From positions 62,001 to 126,000 of the forward strand of contig PNXV01005434.1 in NCBI GenBank assembly GCA_013239625.1: DNA of 64,000 bases. Direction: 5' to 3'. Shown here one piece after another: positions 50,731-64,000 of the stretch (the first letter of the stretch is position 1; every line of letters starts with the position of its first letter). The notes below the pieces were generated by a model. The model worked only from the letters and a program-made list of their open reading frames with translations, was not told the DNA's origin and made no database searches. Both the position numbers and the translations under genes were made by a program. The stretch comes from Lama guanicoe (taxonomy: Eukaryota).

Positions 50731-52860
50731 TAAAACCAATGTATCATTAGGATTCTGTTGAGTAAATCTACTACTGCCTACTTGCCCCTGCTTCTTCAGT
50801 ATCTGGAGGAAAATCTTCATCTAAATATTCGGTCAACTAACACATCATTATCCAAGTCTCAGTATCTTCTTACACCTGCTAACCTCCTGACCAGCTACCC
50901 TACTTTATGATTGCATCATCCTCCCACTGCTGGAACAGGAAACTGAGGGTTCACTGTGACTCTTTTTTCTTCTTCAGTCACTGTATCTTATCTGCCAGCT
51001 CATGGGATCCTTGTCTGAAATCTCTGTTTGATCACTTATTCCCTTTTTTCTCCACTTCCTCACCTACTCAAGTCATCTTAATCACTAATTGGAATCACAG
51101 AATAAGAATTTACGTTCTTCCATTGTTTTGAAAGTCTTTTCTTCATCTTTTGCTGCCATATTGCTCTCTCGAAAACATGATGTTATCAAGACATTGGCAA
51201 CCTTGTTTAAAAGTGCGTAATCACACTCATCATGACTACAGAATATGTGAGTTTGGCAGTCGGTACTTTCCTTAATACATTAGATCTACCTATGTGACTG
51301 CGTCTTACACTGCTCCCTAAAACGCATCTATATAGGCCTCTCTATATTTCTCCATCACTCCTACCTTTAATTGAGTGTACTGCTGTCTTTTCCAGAAATG
51401 CAACCTTGTCTTCTTTCAACATGTTGAAATTCTACTTATTACTCCTGGTCTCTTCAAGTGCTAATGTCTACAAGAAATGTTCTTTAGTATAGCTGAACCA
51501 CACAGTCTACTCCTCTGTACAATCACGGCCCTTAATTGTTACACCAAGAAGCTATCAGATAGTTATATTGAGCTCTGCATTATTCTCCTACTTATTCTCT
51601 TAGACTCTCTTTCCTAGGTACGTAGCTATCCTTCATAAATGATTGAGATAATCCACTATAATCCCCCTATTTTAAAGTCAGCTGATTATCAACCATAAAT
51701 CTTCTTTGACTTATAACATATGCCCAGGTTCCAGGGATTAGAATGTGCATGTGTTTGAGGGACCATTCACTATTCTGCCTACCACAGGACCCTTTACGCT
51801 ACCTGGATCTTTCCCATTCTGCCTCCCCAAACTTGTACCACCGTCGCCATCATCACCACACTCAGATAATACTCACAGACACCTGATTTTGAGGTTAGTG
51901 CTGGGTTAGAAAGCCAGTAGAGAGCTTGTAGAGGATAGCTCCAAGGATGAGAACACAGAGATGCAGGATAGAACATAACACAACTGAGGAGGACATACAC
52001 GAAGACAGAAAGGAAGGTGAGGCATGGGGAGAAAGAAATTTAATTCCAGCCAGGAAAGACAGACACACCTGGATGGCATAACCTTTTATCTCTTGGTTTT
52101 CTCAGGGGGTGGTGGGAACTCTGAAAAAAATGAGGACTCTAAAAACCTGGGGGAATTCCAGGAACTCCAGTCCCCAGTCAGTATTATTAGTACCTAATTG
52201 TTTACATTAACATTTTCCTAGCCTAGAAATGACAGCATATACCCATAGGATATGATTCAGGGTTTTAGACAGAGGTAAGAAACCGGAAAGTACCAGGATT
52301 CTTCAAGGCATGACCTATATAGACTAGTCAATTAACACTTTTTGAAAGAATAAATGAATTAAAGTAGGTAGGCACCAGGCTCTGACACAGAAGAATGGTG
52401 TGATGATGATATTTAGAATTCTGGGTTCCAGAAGATGATTTATGTGACTGTTTGGAGACAAGACAGCTGATTGATTAGGGATGCTAGTGAGTTCCAGATG
52501 ATAGGGTTGTAGGACAGATGTGAACACCAGTCTTTCCATGTCCTCCAAATTCTGGTGCATTTAGTTCCTCAGCCCCAACTCCTCCATCAAGTGAGAGTTT
52601 TCCTGGATTGTTATATCACCTTTTATTTCACTGAATGAGGCTTTCTAGGCTCTACTTGTAACTGCATTGAAATACTTTTTGGACTGAAAAAAACCCAGCA
52701 ATTTCTGAGCAAGATAGATGAGTTAAACTTTTACATAAACTACTCCCTTAGATCACTAACTATTTAATTTGTACTAAGTGGCTGGAGATGTATCATTAGA
52801 ATTTGTTGAATTCAAAGTGATCATCCAGCTGCTAAAGGTAGAAACCTAAAAGTTATTCTT

Positions 52861-52947
52861 TTTTTTTTTTTTACATTTTTTATTGATTCATAATCATTTT
52901 ACAGTGTTGTGTCAAATTCCAGTGTTCAGCACAATTTTTCAGTCATT
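52861..52947 (-). mobile_element. Severely 5'-truncated young L1 3' tip
   Basis: Poly-T, then tttattgattcataatcattttacagtgttgtgtcaaattccagtgttcagca. Perfect 14-bp TSD TAAAAGTTATTCTT at 52847-52860 and 52948-52961. Confidence 0.8.
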
Positions 52948-53744
52948 TAAAAGTTATTCTTGACACCACATTTTTTCTCACTTCCAATACTCTTATTTTA
53001 TTGATGCTGTTAATGCATTGCCACAAAAAACAAAACAAAACAACAACAACAAAAAACTACCATAGATCTCAGTGTCTTACAGAGACATTTCTTACTTGAA
53101 TTGTCTTTTATGACAGTGTAATGGATTTATAATGCAGATGCAGCTTTACATTGGAGAAAGAGCTGAAGATACATTGTGATTTTGTGGTGTTAACTATTCT
53201 TTGCATTTTACTAATTCAGATATAAATATTAAGTCTAGAATATCAGAAGAGAACACAGAACAAGATATTAAAGGTGGCTGCATGCTGACTAGCTTGGCAG
53301 ATCAATTGTGGCACATAAAAATGGGTAAAATAAACTTCTGCCTCCCTAAAAAATTACATTTATTCTTTTGATTCTGTCTGTGTGAGTGAATTCTTGCAGG
53401 TCTCTCAGCTTCTCACATGAAACTGTCTTTCTCTCGTTTCAAAAGTCAGAGTTGATTCTCTGGCAAAAAAAAATCAAATTGGGAACACAGTGACATCAAC
53501 TCCATCCATTTCAACAACATAGAAGAATAAATTAAACATTTCCCAATAAAAACACATAACATACACAAAGAAGTAGTTTTTAAAAATTAAAGTAAAATAG
53601 TAAGAGATGGAAAACATTTAAAAACGAAACTGTTGCATCCAAAAGGAGCCTCAGGAAACATGACAACTAAATGTAATGAGGTTTCCTGGATGGGACTCTG
53701 GGGAAAAAAAAGAACAGTAGGTTAAATCTAGGGAAATCTGCCAC

Positions 53745-53877
53745 TGCTGTGTGCACTGAAGTGTCCTGTCTCTGACCCAGGAGTTTTGTGTCTTCTACTA
53801 GCCTCATGAAACTGTGGCAGGCTAACTTGGTAGCTTGCAAATAGAATAAAATTCCAGACTCCTCATTGTTCCTAACA
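53745..53877 (+). mobile_element. ERV1 LTR 3' fragment (MER34/MER39-like)
   Basis: ctctgacccaggagttttgtgtcttctactagcctcatgaaactgtggcaggctaacttggtagcttgcaa...ttcctaaca. Confidence 0.6.
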
Positions 53878-55507
53878 TAGACAATTTGAAAATATAGAAT
53901 AAATATATCTTAGTCTGAGCACAAAACCAAGTAAAACAAAATGTCCCTAAGAAACAATGAGTCACAGAAACAGAAACTGTCTTTACTACTGACTGGTCTC
54001 TTTATCAAACCAGCAAGATTATAATTCTTTGGAACAAATACATTTAATTATAAAGTGGCTGTTGAAAATGTGGCAGATGCATGCCATTCTAGAAAGCTGT
54101 ATCAAAATAAGTCTAAGTTACAGCTCTTCCTAATAAACATGAGTTATTTCCTGAATCTGTAAGACATACACTAAATGCCCCAAAGGCGTTCATTATTATT
54201 AGCTGTTGTATGTAATAAAGGATATACATGGATACATACATTATATTATCTATTATACCAAAGAACTGTAAGGTTACTTGTCTGTATAAATAATCTTCAA
54301 GAATTATACACCACTATTTGTACTGCAAATACAGTGTAAACAGGAATAAATCTTTCTGTTACACATTATATCAGAAATGGACTTGAGTTAATATATCTCT
54401 ACCTTAATTAATAATAATGTACCAGTAGTGGCTCATTGATTATAACAAATGTGTCATAAAGTAAGATTTGTAATAATATCTTATTATTAATTACAGGGCT
54501 TTCTGTACTATCTTTGTAAGTTTTCTGTGCTAGAAATGGCTAATATAAGAGTTTATTTCAGTAACAGGATGCAAATTAATGTTTTAAAAATCACTGGCAT
54601 CTCTCTCTTCTCTTGCAATAATCTGTAAAAATATGAGAAAAATATTTCCCTCATTACAGTTTCCACTTCTCTCTCCCCATTCTCTCCAAACACTCTCAGT
54701 CTCTACCATCCCCTGGAACTGCCTTCTGCCTTGTGCCCAGTGACCTCCATAATACCTCATCTCATGAGCAATTCTTCATCTTTACTTTATTCAATGAATG
54801 AGCAACATTAGACAATTGTAAACACTCTCACCTACTTAATTTTTCTCTCTTCGTGTCTGGGTTTTTCTGTTTTCTCCCATCCCCTCTTCTACTGCACTGG
54901 CTGCTCTGTACTGTTCCCTTTTCTAGGTCCTCTGTCTCTTTCCTTTTTCTAAATTTTGAACTATCCCAGTACTCAGTCTCCAACTGTCTCCTCTTCTCTT
55001 CCTCATTTTTCTCCAGAGAGATTGACCTGACACAGTGTGTGCACGTTAAGTGACATTTATTCATGTTTAACTCCTAAATGTATCCTCCAGATTCCCCAAT
55101 CCAGCTGCTTTCTCAGCATGCCACCTGGATTCCTGATAAGCATTTCAGGCTGACATGCCCGATATCAGACTCTTCCTTCCTGTCCTTAAATCATCTCTAT
55201 CACCGTGGTGACTCCATTATTCCAGTTGCTCAGGCCAATAGCCTCGTAATCATCCTTGATTTTTTCTCTTATGTCACATGTGTGATCATCATTTAAACTC
55301 TGTTCTACTATCAAAATGCATTCAAAATCTGACAATTTCCAAGAACTCTAACTTTCCCTCTTTAGTCCACCTGGCCATAATCTCTGTCTGGAATATTGTA
55401 GTATCTTTTTAAATGGTGTCTCTTCAGTTTACTTTCCATGTAAAAGCCAGTAATATTTCTAAACATATAGGTCATAACATATAACTTCTCAGTTCCATTT
55501 TTTCCCA

Positions 55508-56275
55508 ACAACCACTATGGAAAATTGCCTGGCAGTTCTTTTTAAAACTAAAAATGAACTTACCATATGACCCAGGAACTTTGGGCATTTATCCCAGAGA
55601 AATAAAAGATATTTTCATGAAAAAACTTGTACCTGGATATTCATAAAGCTTTACTTACAATAGCCAAAAACTGAAGACTATACAAATGTCTTTCAAAGGG
55701 TGAATGGTTTAATATTGTGGTTCAGTTTCATAGTGGAATAATACTCAGCAATAAATAGAAACAAATTATTAATACACTCAACAATTTAGATAAACCTCAA
55801 AGAAATTCTGCCGAGTGAAAAAGCTATCCCCCGACTAAAAAAAAAACATACTGCATAATTAAATTTGTGAAACATTGGTAAAATAACCTAATTATAGAAA
55901 TGGAGAACAGTTTAGTGGTTACCAAGGGTTAGGGAAGAGGGAGGGGATGGTTGCGGCTAAAGGAGATGAAGCTTGTGGTCCTGTAACAGCTGAATATCAT
56001 GATTTTCGTGGTGTTATGATAGGCTACACATGTGATAAAACTGTACAGAGCTGCACACACACACACACACACATAAATGAATGCATGAATAAATGACGGA
56101 ACTGGAATGAGCTGTATAGATTGTGCCGATCGAGCTCTTGGGCTTGATTCTGTAGTATAGTTGTTAAGAGGTCAACTTACAGGAAAGGCTGGAATAGAAG
56201 GCTTGGGAATTCCCAGCACATTTCTTGTAAACTTCTGTGAATGTATAATTATTTCAAAATAAAAAGCTTTAAAAA
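55508..56275 (+). mobile_element. Old L1 3' end nested in an L2 (L2 spans about 54650-56780)
   Basis: accactatggaaaa...ttaccatatgacccag...gggcatttatcccagagaaataaa...gagaacagtttagtggttaccaaggg...aataaaa, with L2 phrases on both sides. Confidence 0.75.
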
Positions 56276-59200
56276 AAACAAACAAACACCTCTTACTATG
56301 TTTTTCTAGCTCACTAAGAATAAAATTTATAATCTATATTGCATGACTTACAAAACTCGGCATGGTTTGGCCTCTTCCCACCCAACTGCTCACCCCCACT
56401 GATTCTCCAGCCACAGTATGCCACTTCCTAGTCCTCAGATACTCCAAGCAAGCCCATGTCTCTAGGTTCGAGGCAATTAATTTTATCTCTACTAGGACTG
56501 ATCTTCAACCAGAACTCTGAATGTTTGCTTCCTTCAATTTATTCAAGTCTCTGATTAAATATCACCCTGATGACCCAATCTAAAATAGCACTAACTCGCT
56601 GCCCCCATTATTCTCAACCTCATTATCTTTATTTTCCTTCATAACACTTATCACAACCTGTCATATGATGATTCATTTGTTTATTTACTTATTAGTATCT
56701 ATCTCTCTTCTCTAGAATGTAAGTTCCATGAGAGCAATGGCTTTCTCTGTTTGGTTATCCTCAGCAAGTTCTCAATAAATAAATAAATATACATATATAT
56801 ATATATATATATAAAATTGAATGAATAGCGTTTAACTATGGGGCAAAGGATGGTCTTATACAAGGTACACACAGACTTGTATGACTGTCAATTGATACAG
56901 AAATCCTGGAGAATAATTTGATACTAATTTTAAAAATACATTTGAAAGAGTTGAAAGAACAGGTTCCAAGAAAAGGGAGCCAGGACTGTTAGAATAATAT
57001 TTCAGTGAAGAAACTACTGTATCTGAGGTCAAACCGTAAAAAATACCAGAATGAAGAAGCTGCCACGTCTGCCTTCATGTTACCACAGGTGATTCTCAAG
57101 TTCCAGAAGTGCTTGGGAGAAATCACCATGACGTATACATGTTTACAACAGCATTATTCATAATAGCCCAAAGACGGAAATAGCCCAAATGTCCACTGAT
57201 GGGCAAATGGAGGCACACAATATGTTACCTCAATACATTAAAATATTATTCAGCCACACAAAGAAATGAAGAACTGACACACACTACAGTATGAATGACG
57301 AAGGGAAGAACACAAAGGGAGGAGAATTTTTGCTCCCAAAGGAGAAGAGGAAGTAAACACCATATGAAGCAAGACCCGAGATTCAGTTCTGTATATTAAG
57401 GAAGCCTCAGCTGTGTATGAAATGTTGAATTGAGAAACTGTGAGTCCGAGAAGGTGGCATTGGGGAGGTAAGTCTGGGTCAGATATTTCAGGATTGAGAG
57501 GAGGTTATTAATACAGCAAGATGGATGGAGAATGGGAACCAGGTAAGTGGAAAGCTCTGTAGCAATGTTCAAGGAGTGGAGGGCTGAAAGAAAAATTTGT
57601 CCGGGGTAGCTAGAGTGAATTGTGTTTTCCTGGGAAGTCAAAGGGGAGAAGTTTGGAGGGTCATTGTCCAGGTGAGGATGGAGAGATTGATGAATAAGTG
57701 ATCCTTGGCTCCTAAGGAGGATGCAAGACTCGTAAACACGATGTTCTGCCCTTAGACATTAAGGAGCAAAGGCAAGAAAAGTTATTCTACTGCATTTGGT
57801 GGACCACTTTAAAAGAACAAAGTTCCTGGGCAGAGCAGTCAGGTAAAGGATTCAAAAACAGGTAGAAAAAGGAATTCATAGAAGAGACACTTTTTTTTCT
57901 GGTAATTTTTCCAAAGATGACAGAAGCAGGAATCAGTGGGCAAGAAAATTGGGCATTTAAAAAGTAGAAGTTCTGAAAAAGAAGGCTATCAGACAGATAA
58001 ATTTAAGCAGAGTACTTGGACTTGCTCCCTAGTTTGGGGGTGAGTCAACATCAATGGACGCCTAAATTGGAATGAAAGCAGAAGTCACATGAATAAATGA
58101 TAGGAAGAAACTGTGAACAAAGCCTGCCTTGGAAGTTGATTATTTAGATGGAGAACTGAAACTGGAGAAGAAAATTTTGTGCAGGTGCTGATGTGACTGA
58201 CAAAAGTGGGAGCATGTAGTGATGAGTGTGTTGAGTGATACTGTGGAAAGAATAAACGCAATGAATGACACAGACTACAGACAAGAAAATAATGTGAGGA
58301 CAGAAGATCTGTGATTATAAACGCCTGATTTTTATGGTATTTGTATGTGTCCTGCATGATATATCAGGGATGGTAATATTTCAGTGTGATAAGTGCTTGA
58401 AAAAGAAATAGATAAGTGCAGGGGAATATAGGAGCACAGAGGACATGCATAACTCAGCCTTGGGAAATGAGAAAAGTCTTCCTGAATGAGAAATACAGAC
58501 TAGCTAGATTAATGAGGAGGGTGGAGACAGAGGAAGTGGAATGCACAAAAGACCACAGAGAAAGAAGGGCAGGTTTGGAGATGTGCATCTTGACCAACAT
58601 CAGTAGAGAAAGCATAGAACATGTGTATATGAATCTATTAAGCAACGGGAAATTATCTGTAATCAAGTACGTAATGTGCTCAAAATGATTTTTTGGAAAT
58701 AAAATAGATACTGAAAGGACTGCAGGCTAGGAGACTAGTGGGGAGGTCTTCGGATAAGCAGATCTGGAGTCTGAAAAGCAATATAAATGGCAACTGTAGA
58801 TTTGGGAGGTCTTAGTACATGCAGGCTAAATGAAGCCAAGGCTGGTGAGCAGCTTGGCCAGGTAGCATGAAGAGTGAGGGGAGCATAGAGACACCAGTAG
58901 GAAACACCAGCAGGTGTCCAGCCTGCAAGGACAGAGGAGCCCTTTGTGAGGACTAGGATGGAAGTTCAGGGGCAAGAGAAGAACCAGTGGAGGACAAAGA
59001 AATCAAAGCCAAAATGAGTAGCTAATGAAAGGTATGATTTTGGACGAAAGAAGATAGAACAAAAAGTGAGACAAGCTAGGTGAATAAGCAATTTCTTATT
59101 ATAGTAGTTAAATTTTTGTCTACTTTCAAGGTTAAAAGTATTTGAATGTTCATAAATGTAAATACTCAAGAAATCAGGAGTAACAGATGATAAAGAAAAG

Positions 59201-60368
59201 AGGGGATAATTGATAGAACAAAGTCCTTGAGGAGGTAGGAAAGAAAGTGGATTCAGAGAATAGGTGGGCAAATTATTCTTGGAGATGTACATACATACAT
59301 AAATACTTACACACATGTGCACACTTACAGACATACACATATATACAAATGTGTATATATGTATATGTGTTCTTGTGTGTTTTTTGGTATGGTGTGTGTA
59401 TATCCAGCTTATTTTTAAAAGTAATTTAAGATAAGCCCACAAAAATAAAATGAGTATGTTAACTTGATTGTGGTAATCATTTCACAGTGTATACATATAT
59501 TATATTATCACATTGTATACCTAAAATATATATAGTTTTTATTTGTCAATTATACCTCAATAAGGCTGGAGAAATTAAATTAAATTAAAAACTACATATT
59601 TATTTTGAGAAAACTTATATTTATATTTTAACAAGCCATTGAATCTTCTGATCTGGTACATGATATACGTCTCCATTTATTTATGTTTTAAAAAAATCTC
59701 TTCTGGCAATATTTTGTACATCTTAATGCAGAGGCTTTGAAAATTTGAGTTAAATATAAAAAGAAAATGTTCACTTGAATTTATAGTTGTTTGTGACTAG
59801 GATAATAAAATAATTGATTTATATTGTCTTTATACTCTCTAAATAAGTAAATGACTTCACGAGCTTTCCTGTGCCTAGGTAAAGTGAAAATGTACCACAG
59901 CTCTAAGGGAGGAGACATCAAAATGCAGGCATGGCATCGACATTACTTTCTCTGAGTGGAGAAATGCTTGCAGAGATAAAAGATAAATTTATAGGAGTGT
60001 AATAATAAAGCGAGGAGTTGGCTCCTGACAGTCCCGAAGTCTCAGTCAGGTAGGAAGGAAGTTCAACTGAGAGGCAGGAACAGGGATCTGGGCGGCGGTA
60101 AAGGTTTCATCGCCTTTGTGAGAACAGTTTAATAGGATCAAGGAGGGGTCAAGGGGTCTAACGTGTGGTAAAGGCTATTGCTATGATTGTGCCATTTTCT
60201 TCACATCCTGATGATGTGAGTTGAGGAAAGCACTACTTAGTTTTAGTTGAAGCCCGAGCATTTTCACGGACAATGCAGCAGAAACTATCAAATTTGAGAA
60301 GTTTCTGGCCCTATGAGATCGACATCTAGACTAGATAGAGGAGAAAGTGAAAACATCAGTCCTCGCAT

Positions 60369-60540
60369 CAGTTGTTCACAAACTTCAGCATGAATTAGTA
60401 TCACCGGGTGATCTTGCTAAATTAGAGATTGCTGCTCCAACCTCAGAGTTTCTGATTCATAAAGTCTGTGGTGCAAGAACTTGCAAGTCCCCTGGTGACG
60501 TGGACGATGCTGGCCCGGGGACGGCGCTCTGAGAAGAATC
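60369..60540. mobile_element. MER5-like hAT-Charlie element
   Basis: cagttgttcacaaacttcagcatgaattagtatcacc...cagagtttctgattc...gatgctggcccggggacggcgctctgagaa. Confidence 0.65.
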
Positions 60541-61323
60541 CACAACTTCCTTCATGTTCTGGGTGATGACACCACACTTCAGAGCCACAAAGGTGACTCC
60601 AGAAGCACTACACAGTTTAATAAGGCTTCCACAGACAAAATTTAATGTGACACACCTCTGGGACAACACTTATGCTCATTTTCAAGATCAAACAATTGTT
60701 TCTTAGAAAAGACAGTATCTTGTCCAAAATCTCAGTCTCACTGACCGAGATCTCTGAACCAGAATATTTCACACTGTCCAGTGTGATTTCTAAATGCCAC
60801 TGCTGCCTTCACTGCCTCTGTAATTGTCAGAGCATCTGTGACTGGCAGAAGAGAGACTCGGGTCTGCAGGGCACACCGCCCCCAACCCTAACTTCCCACA
60901 TAGTCTGCTAGGCAGGGGCAATTGCTCTTTGGGGCGAGACTGCAGCCCTTCTGTGCAGAGCCTGGGGTTTCTGCAGACCTCATTCCAGTTCACATACCCG
61001 TAGAGATTACAGAGATTGTTTTTGATTTTCTAGCTACCCCTGCCCTTCTCAGAACCTGTGGCTCTCTACTGGCACTGGCAATGTTTCCGAGCCCTGTAGG
61101 TGCCTGAATATCTTATAGCTGCACGAGGAGTCTCTGAATAAGGACACAGAGCCTGTCTGTGGGCAGGGCCTAGAGCTGTGCGCTTTGTGCAGATCTTGCA
61201 TGTGATTTCCTGTACAGAATACACACACGTGAAGAACCCTGTGAGTGTGTGCTGACCTCGTGGCTGACTGCAAGCCATAAGGGCTCTCAGTCAATGTACA
61301 GTGTCTGAAGCTCTTTTTCTCCT

Positions 61324-62334
61324 ATGGCGCAGGCGAGGGCGCTGCGGAAAATCATGGCCCTTTTATCTGCTAGCAACACAGCTGCTGTGAACAACTCTGA
61401 TACTCGCATGGCCGGCTGCCTCCTGATTGGCATCCCTGGACTGGAGCACCTCCACATCTGGCTCTCCATCCCCTTCTGCACCATGTATGTAGCTGCCATG
61501 ACAGGCAACGGCATTTTAATTTGTGTCATCCTCTCCCAGCCAAGCCTGCACGAGCCCATGTACATATTCCTGTCCATGTTGGCCAGTGCTGACATCTTGC
61601 TCTCCACTTCCACCATGCCCAAAGCACTGGCCATCTTCTGGCTAGGTTTCAGCCATATTTCCTTTGATGGCTGCCTCACCCAGATGTTTTTCATCCACTT
61701 CCTTTTCGTGGCTGACTCTGCAGTCCTACTGGCAATGGCCTTTGACCGCTACGTGGCCATCTGCTCCCCTTTGAGATATGCCACCATCCTCACCAGCACA
61801 GTCATTGGGAAGATCGCCGCTGCCACTCTGACCTGCAGCTTCATCATCATGTTTCCTTCCATCTTTCTCCTCAAGCGCCTGCACTACTGTCGGATCAATA
61901 TCATCGTGCATACATTTTGTGAGCACATGGGCATTGCCCGTCTGTCCTGCTCTGATATCTCCACTAATGTCTGGTACGGGTTGGCAGCTGCTCTGCTCTG
62001 CACAGGCCTGGACATCATCCTTATCGCTGTTTCCTACATTCACATCCTCCGAGCTATCTTCCACCTCCCTTCTCAAGGTGCCTGGTCCAAGGCCCTGAGC
62101 ACTTGCGGCTCCCACGTCTGTGTCATCCTACTCTTCTACATCCCTGCCCTCTTTTCTGTCTTTGCCTATAGGTTTGGTGGGAAACGCATTCCACGCTATG
62201 TCCACATCCTCCTGGCTAACCTCTATGTGGTCATCCCACCTATGCTCAATCCCATTATTTATGGAGTGAGGACCAAGCAGATTTTGGACGGGGCTAAGCA
62301 GATGTTTACAAATCTTGCCAAAGAATCTAAATAA
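61324..62334 (+). CDS. OR52B6: Olfactory receptor 52B6, intact (336 aa from 61324; likely used start 61354)
   Basis: MAQARALRKIMALLSASNTAAVNNSDTRMAGCLLIGIPGLEHLHIWLSIPF and the C-terminus GAKQMFTNLAKESK match recalled human OR52B6. MAFDRYVAIC, KALSTCGSH and PMLNPIIYGVRTKQI are intact. Confidence 0.93.
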   Translation: MAQARALRKIMALLSASNTAAVNNSDTRMAGCLLIGIPGLEHLHIWLSIPFCTMYVAAMTGNGILICVILSQPSLHEPMYIFLSMLASADILLSTSTMPKALAIFWLGFSHISFDGCLTQMFFIHFLFVADSAVLLAMAFDRYVAICSPLRYATILTSTVIGKIAAATLTCSFIIMFPSIFLLKRLHYCRINIIVHTFCEHMGIARLSCSDISTNVWYGLAAALLCTGLDIILIAVSYIHILRAIFHLPSQGAWSKALSTCGSHVCVILLFYIPALFSVFAYRFGGKRIPRYVHILLANLYVVIPPMLNPIIYGVRTKQILDGAKQMFTNLAKESK

Positions 62335-64000
62335 ATGCTCCCAACTTGACCTCAACTTAATCCCTTTCTGTACTATTAGTTGTTCAATAGTCACCCCCTC
62401 CCCATCTCTATATCTTCCAGTTACCCCTGTGCTATCCTCATCCAGGTTCCAATTATTTAGACATTCTACTCAAATCCTCCTTTGATTAACTTTTTTATAA
62501 ATCCGTAGTAATACCCACCCCACTTTCTTCCATATATTATTCAAATTAACTTCTGATCCCCCATTATCTCAAGAAAACCTAATTAGGAGCAATGTGATAA
62601 CTTACCTGGAATCTACCATTTGAATAAGACTTTTTTCAGCCTCCACTTTCATTCTCTCCCTAATACGGTACCTAATCACTTGTATATAATTTTGACATTT
62701 AAATTTGCCAGTTTAACATCTTTCTCACAATGAGAACCCCTGAGATCTATCATGTCTAGAATTTCATAGTCCCCTGGGATGATATTTATTTTTTTATTGT
62801 CCGCTACACACATCTATAACTAGACATGTTTAAATACTCAGGTTCAGAGATGCTAACGCACAGCAGCATATGTAGGTGGACACATCTATTTATCACCAGC
62901 TTAAATATGAACATAAGCCTTTGAAAAAATTTTATCAAATAAGCCTGGGCTACTGTTACCTGTCCTAGACAAGAGTTGTCCTCAAAATATAAATAATTGT
63001 ATGGTGGTAGAGTACTCTTTTCCATCCAAATATGCTTTGTATTTAAAAATTATAGTTATCATTAAAATAAGTCAAATACCTACTTGTATCTAATAGACAT
63101 AGATTTATATATTCTTTAATAAAATGTTAAAGAAATGTAAGTGTGTAATTTGGTAACTTGCTCACTAATCATTATATTATTAACACCAGAGATTAGCCTA
63201 GCCTGTTGTCCTCTGAGATTCAGAAGAGCAATTCAACCCGAATTTTAGCCCAAGAACAATTCATCCTCAAAAACCTAGCTCACATCTCAACTCTGTCCTC
63301 TCCGGTACTCAGCCCACAGTGAAAAATTCATCTTTTAAGATTCTCCACTTCTTTTCATCTAAATCACTAATTTGTTGGGCCCTGAGAATATTTCTTCTTC
63401 TTTGACTAGAGATCTTTTTTCATGTTTGTTCCCTTACATCCTGCCTAGAATGCATTCCTTGAGGAAAGAGTTCATTTTGAAAGGATTTTTATCTCTATTG
63501 CTCCAAAGCATAAGAACCTGCCCAAAGCAAATATGCAATACATGTGAATGCGCATACAATTCTTATTTTAAAGTTTTTTTGACCTCACTTTTCTGCTCAA
63601 TATTTATTCTTCTTTGAATGAGTTCTTCTCAGCCCTGAAATTCAGTGTCAGGTAGAGAAGAGACCAGTGCTAGGTGTCAGGAGATGCTGATTTAAACCTT
63701 GGATCTACTGCTTACTTAATTCAATGAGTTTGAGAGGTTGCATAATCCCAATGAATTTCATGTTCTACTCATCTGTAAAGAAGATGAGGATGATACAACA
63801 TCATTTATCTATTACACAGTAAGCATTCAATGATTGTTCAGTTCATTTTTCTCTTTTTTCTTAATATTACTCAGTCTCACATTCAGTACATACCAGCTGT
63901 TTATCACTGGGAAATAGATTTAATCTCGTAAAGTCTTGGCATCCTTCTCTTAAAAAAAAAAGATAATAACACTTACTTCAGAGGAGTTTTGATTATTGAG

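Overview
Mammalian genomic DNA, most likely camelid because it carries several copies of a tRNA-Ala-derived SINE resembling vic-1. It is syntenic with the human chr11p15.4 interval between the beta-globin/OR51 cluster and the TRIM6/34/5/22 cluster. Gene order: UBQLN3 (-, intact), UBQLNL (-, intact with UBA domain), an OLFM5 pseudogene (-, reconstructed here from signal-peptide and olfactomedin exons), an OR52V1-like pseudogene (-), OR52H1 with one frameshift (-), two intact OR52H-like genes (-) and intact OR52B6 (+). The rest is mostly L2, MIR, L1, hAT, SINE and LTR debris. I found no evidence for a new multi-gene system. The most notable unannotated items are: the dead OLFM5 gene with missing internal exons and an apparent AT-to-GC substitution bias; a near-perfect CTCF site beside an NF-kB/ETS-IRF/AP-1 motif cluster; a ~0.5 kb local duplication with a SINE in only one copy; an LTR-like fragment apparently retroposed by L1; and an orphan plus-strand exon. 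Orthologue and repeat-family names come from recalled sequences, not database searches.
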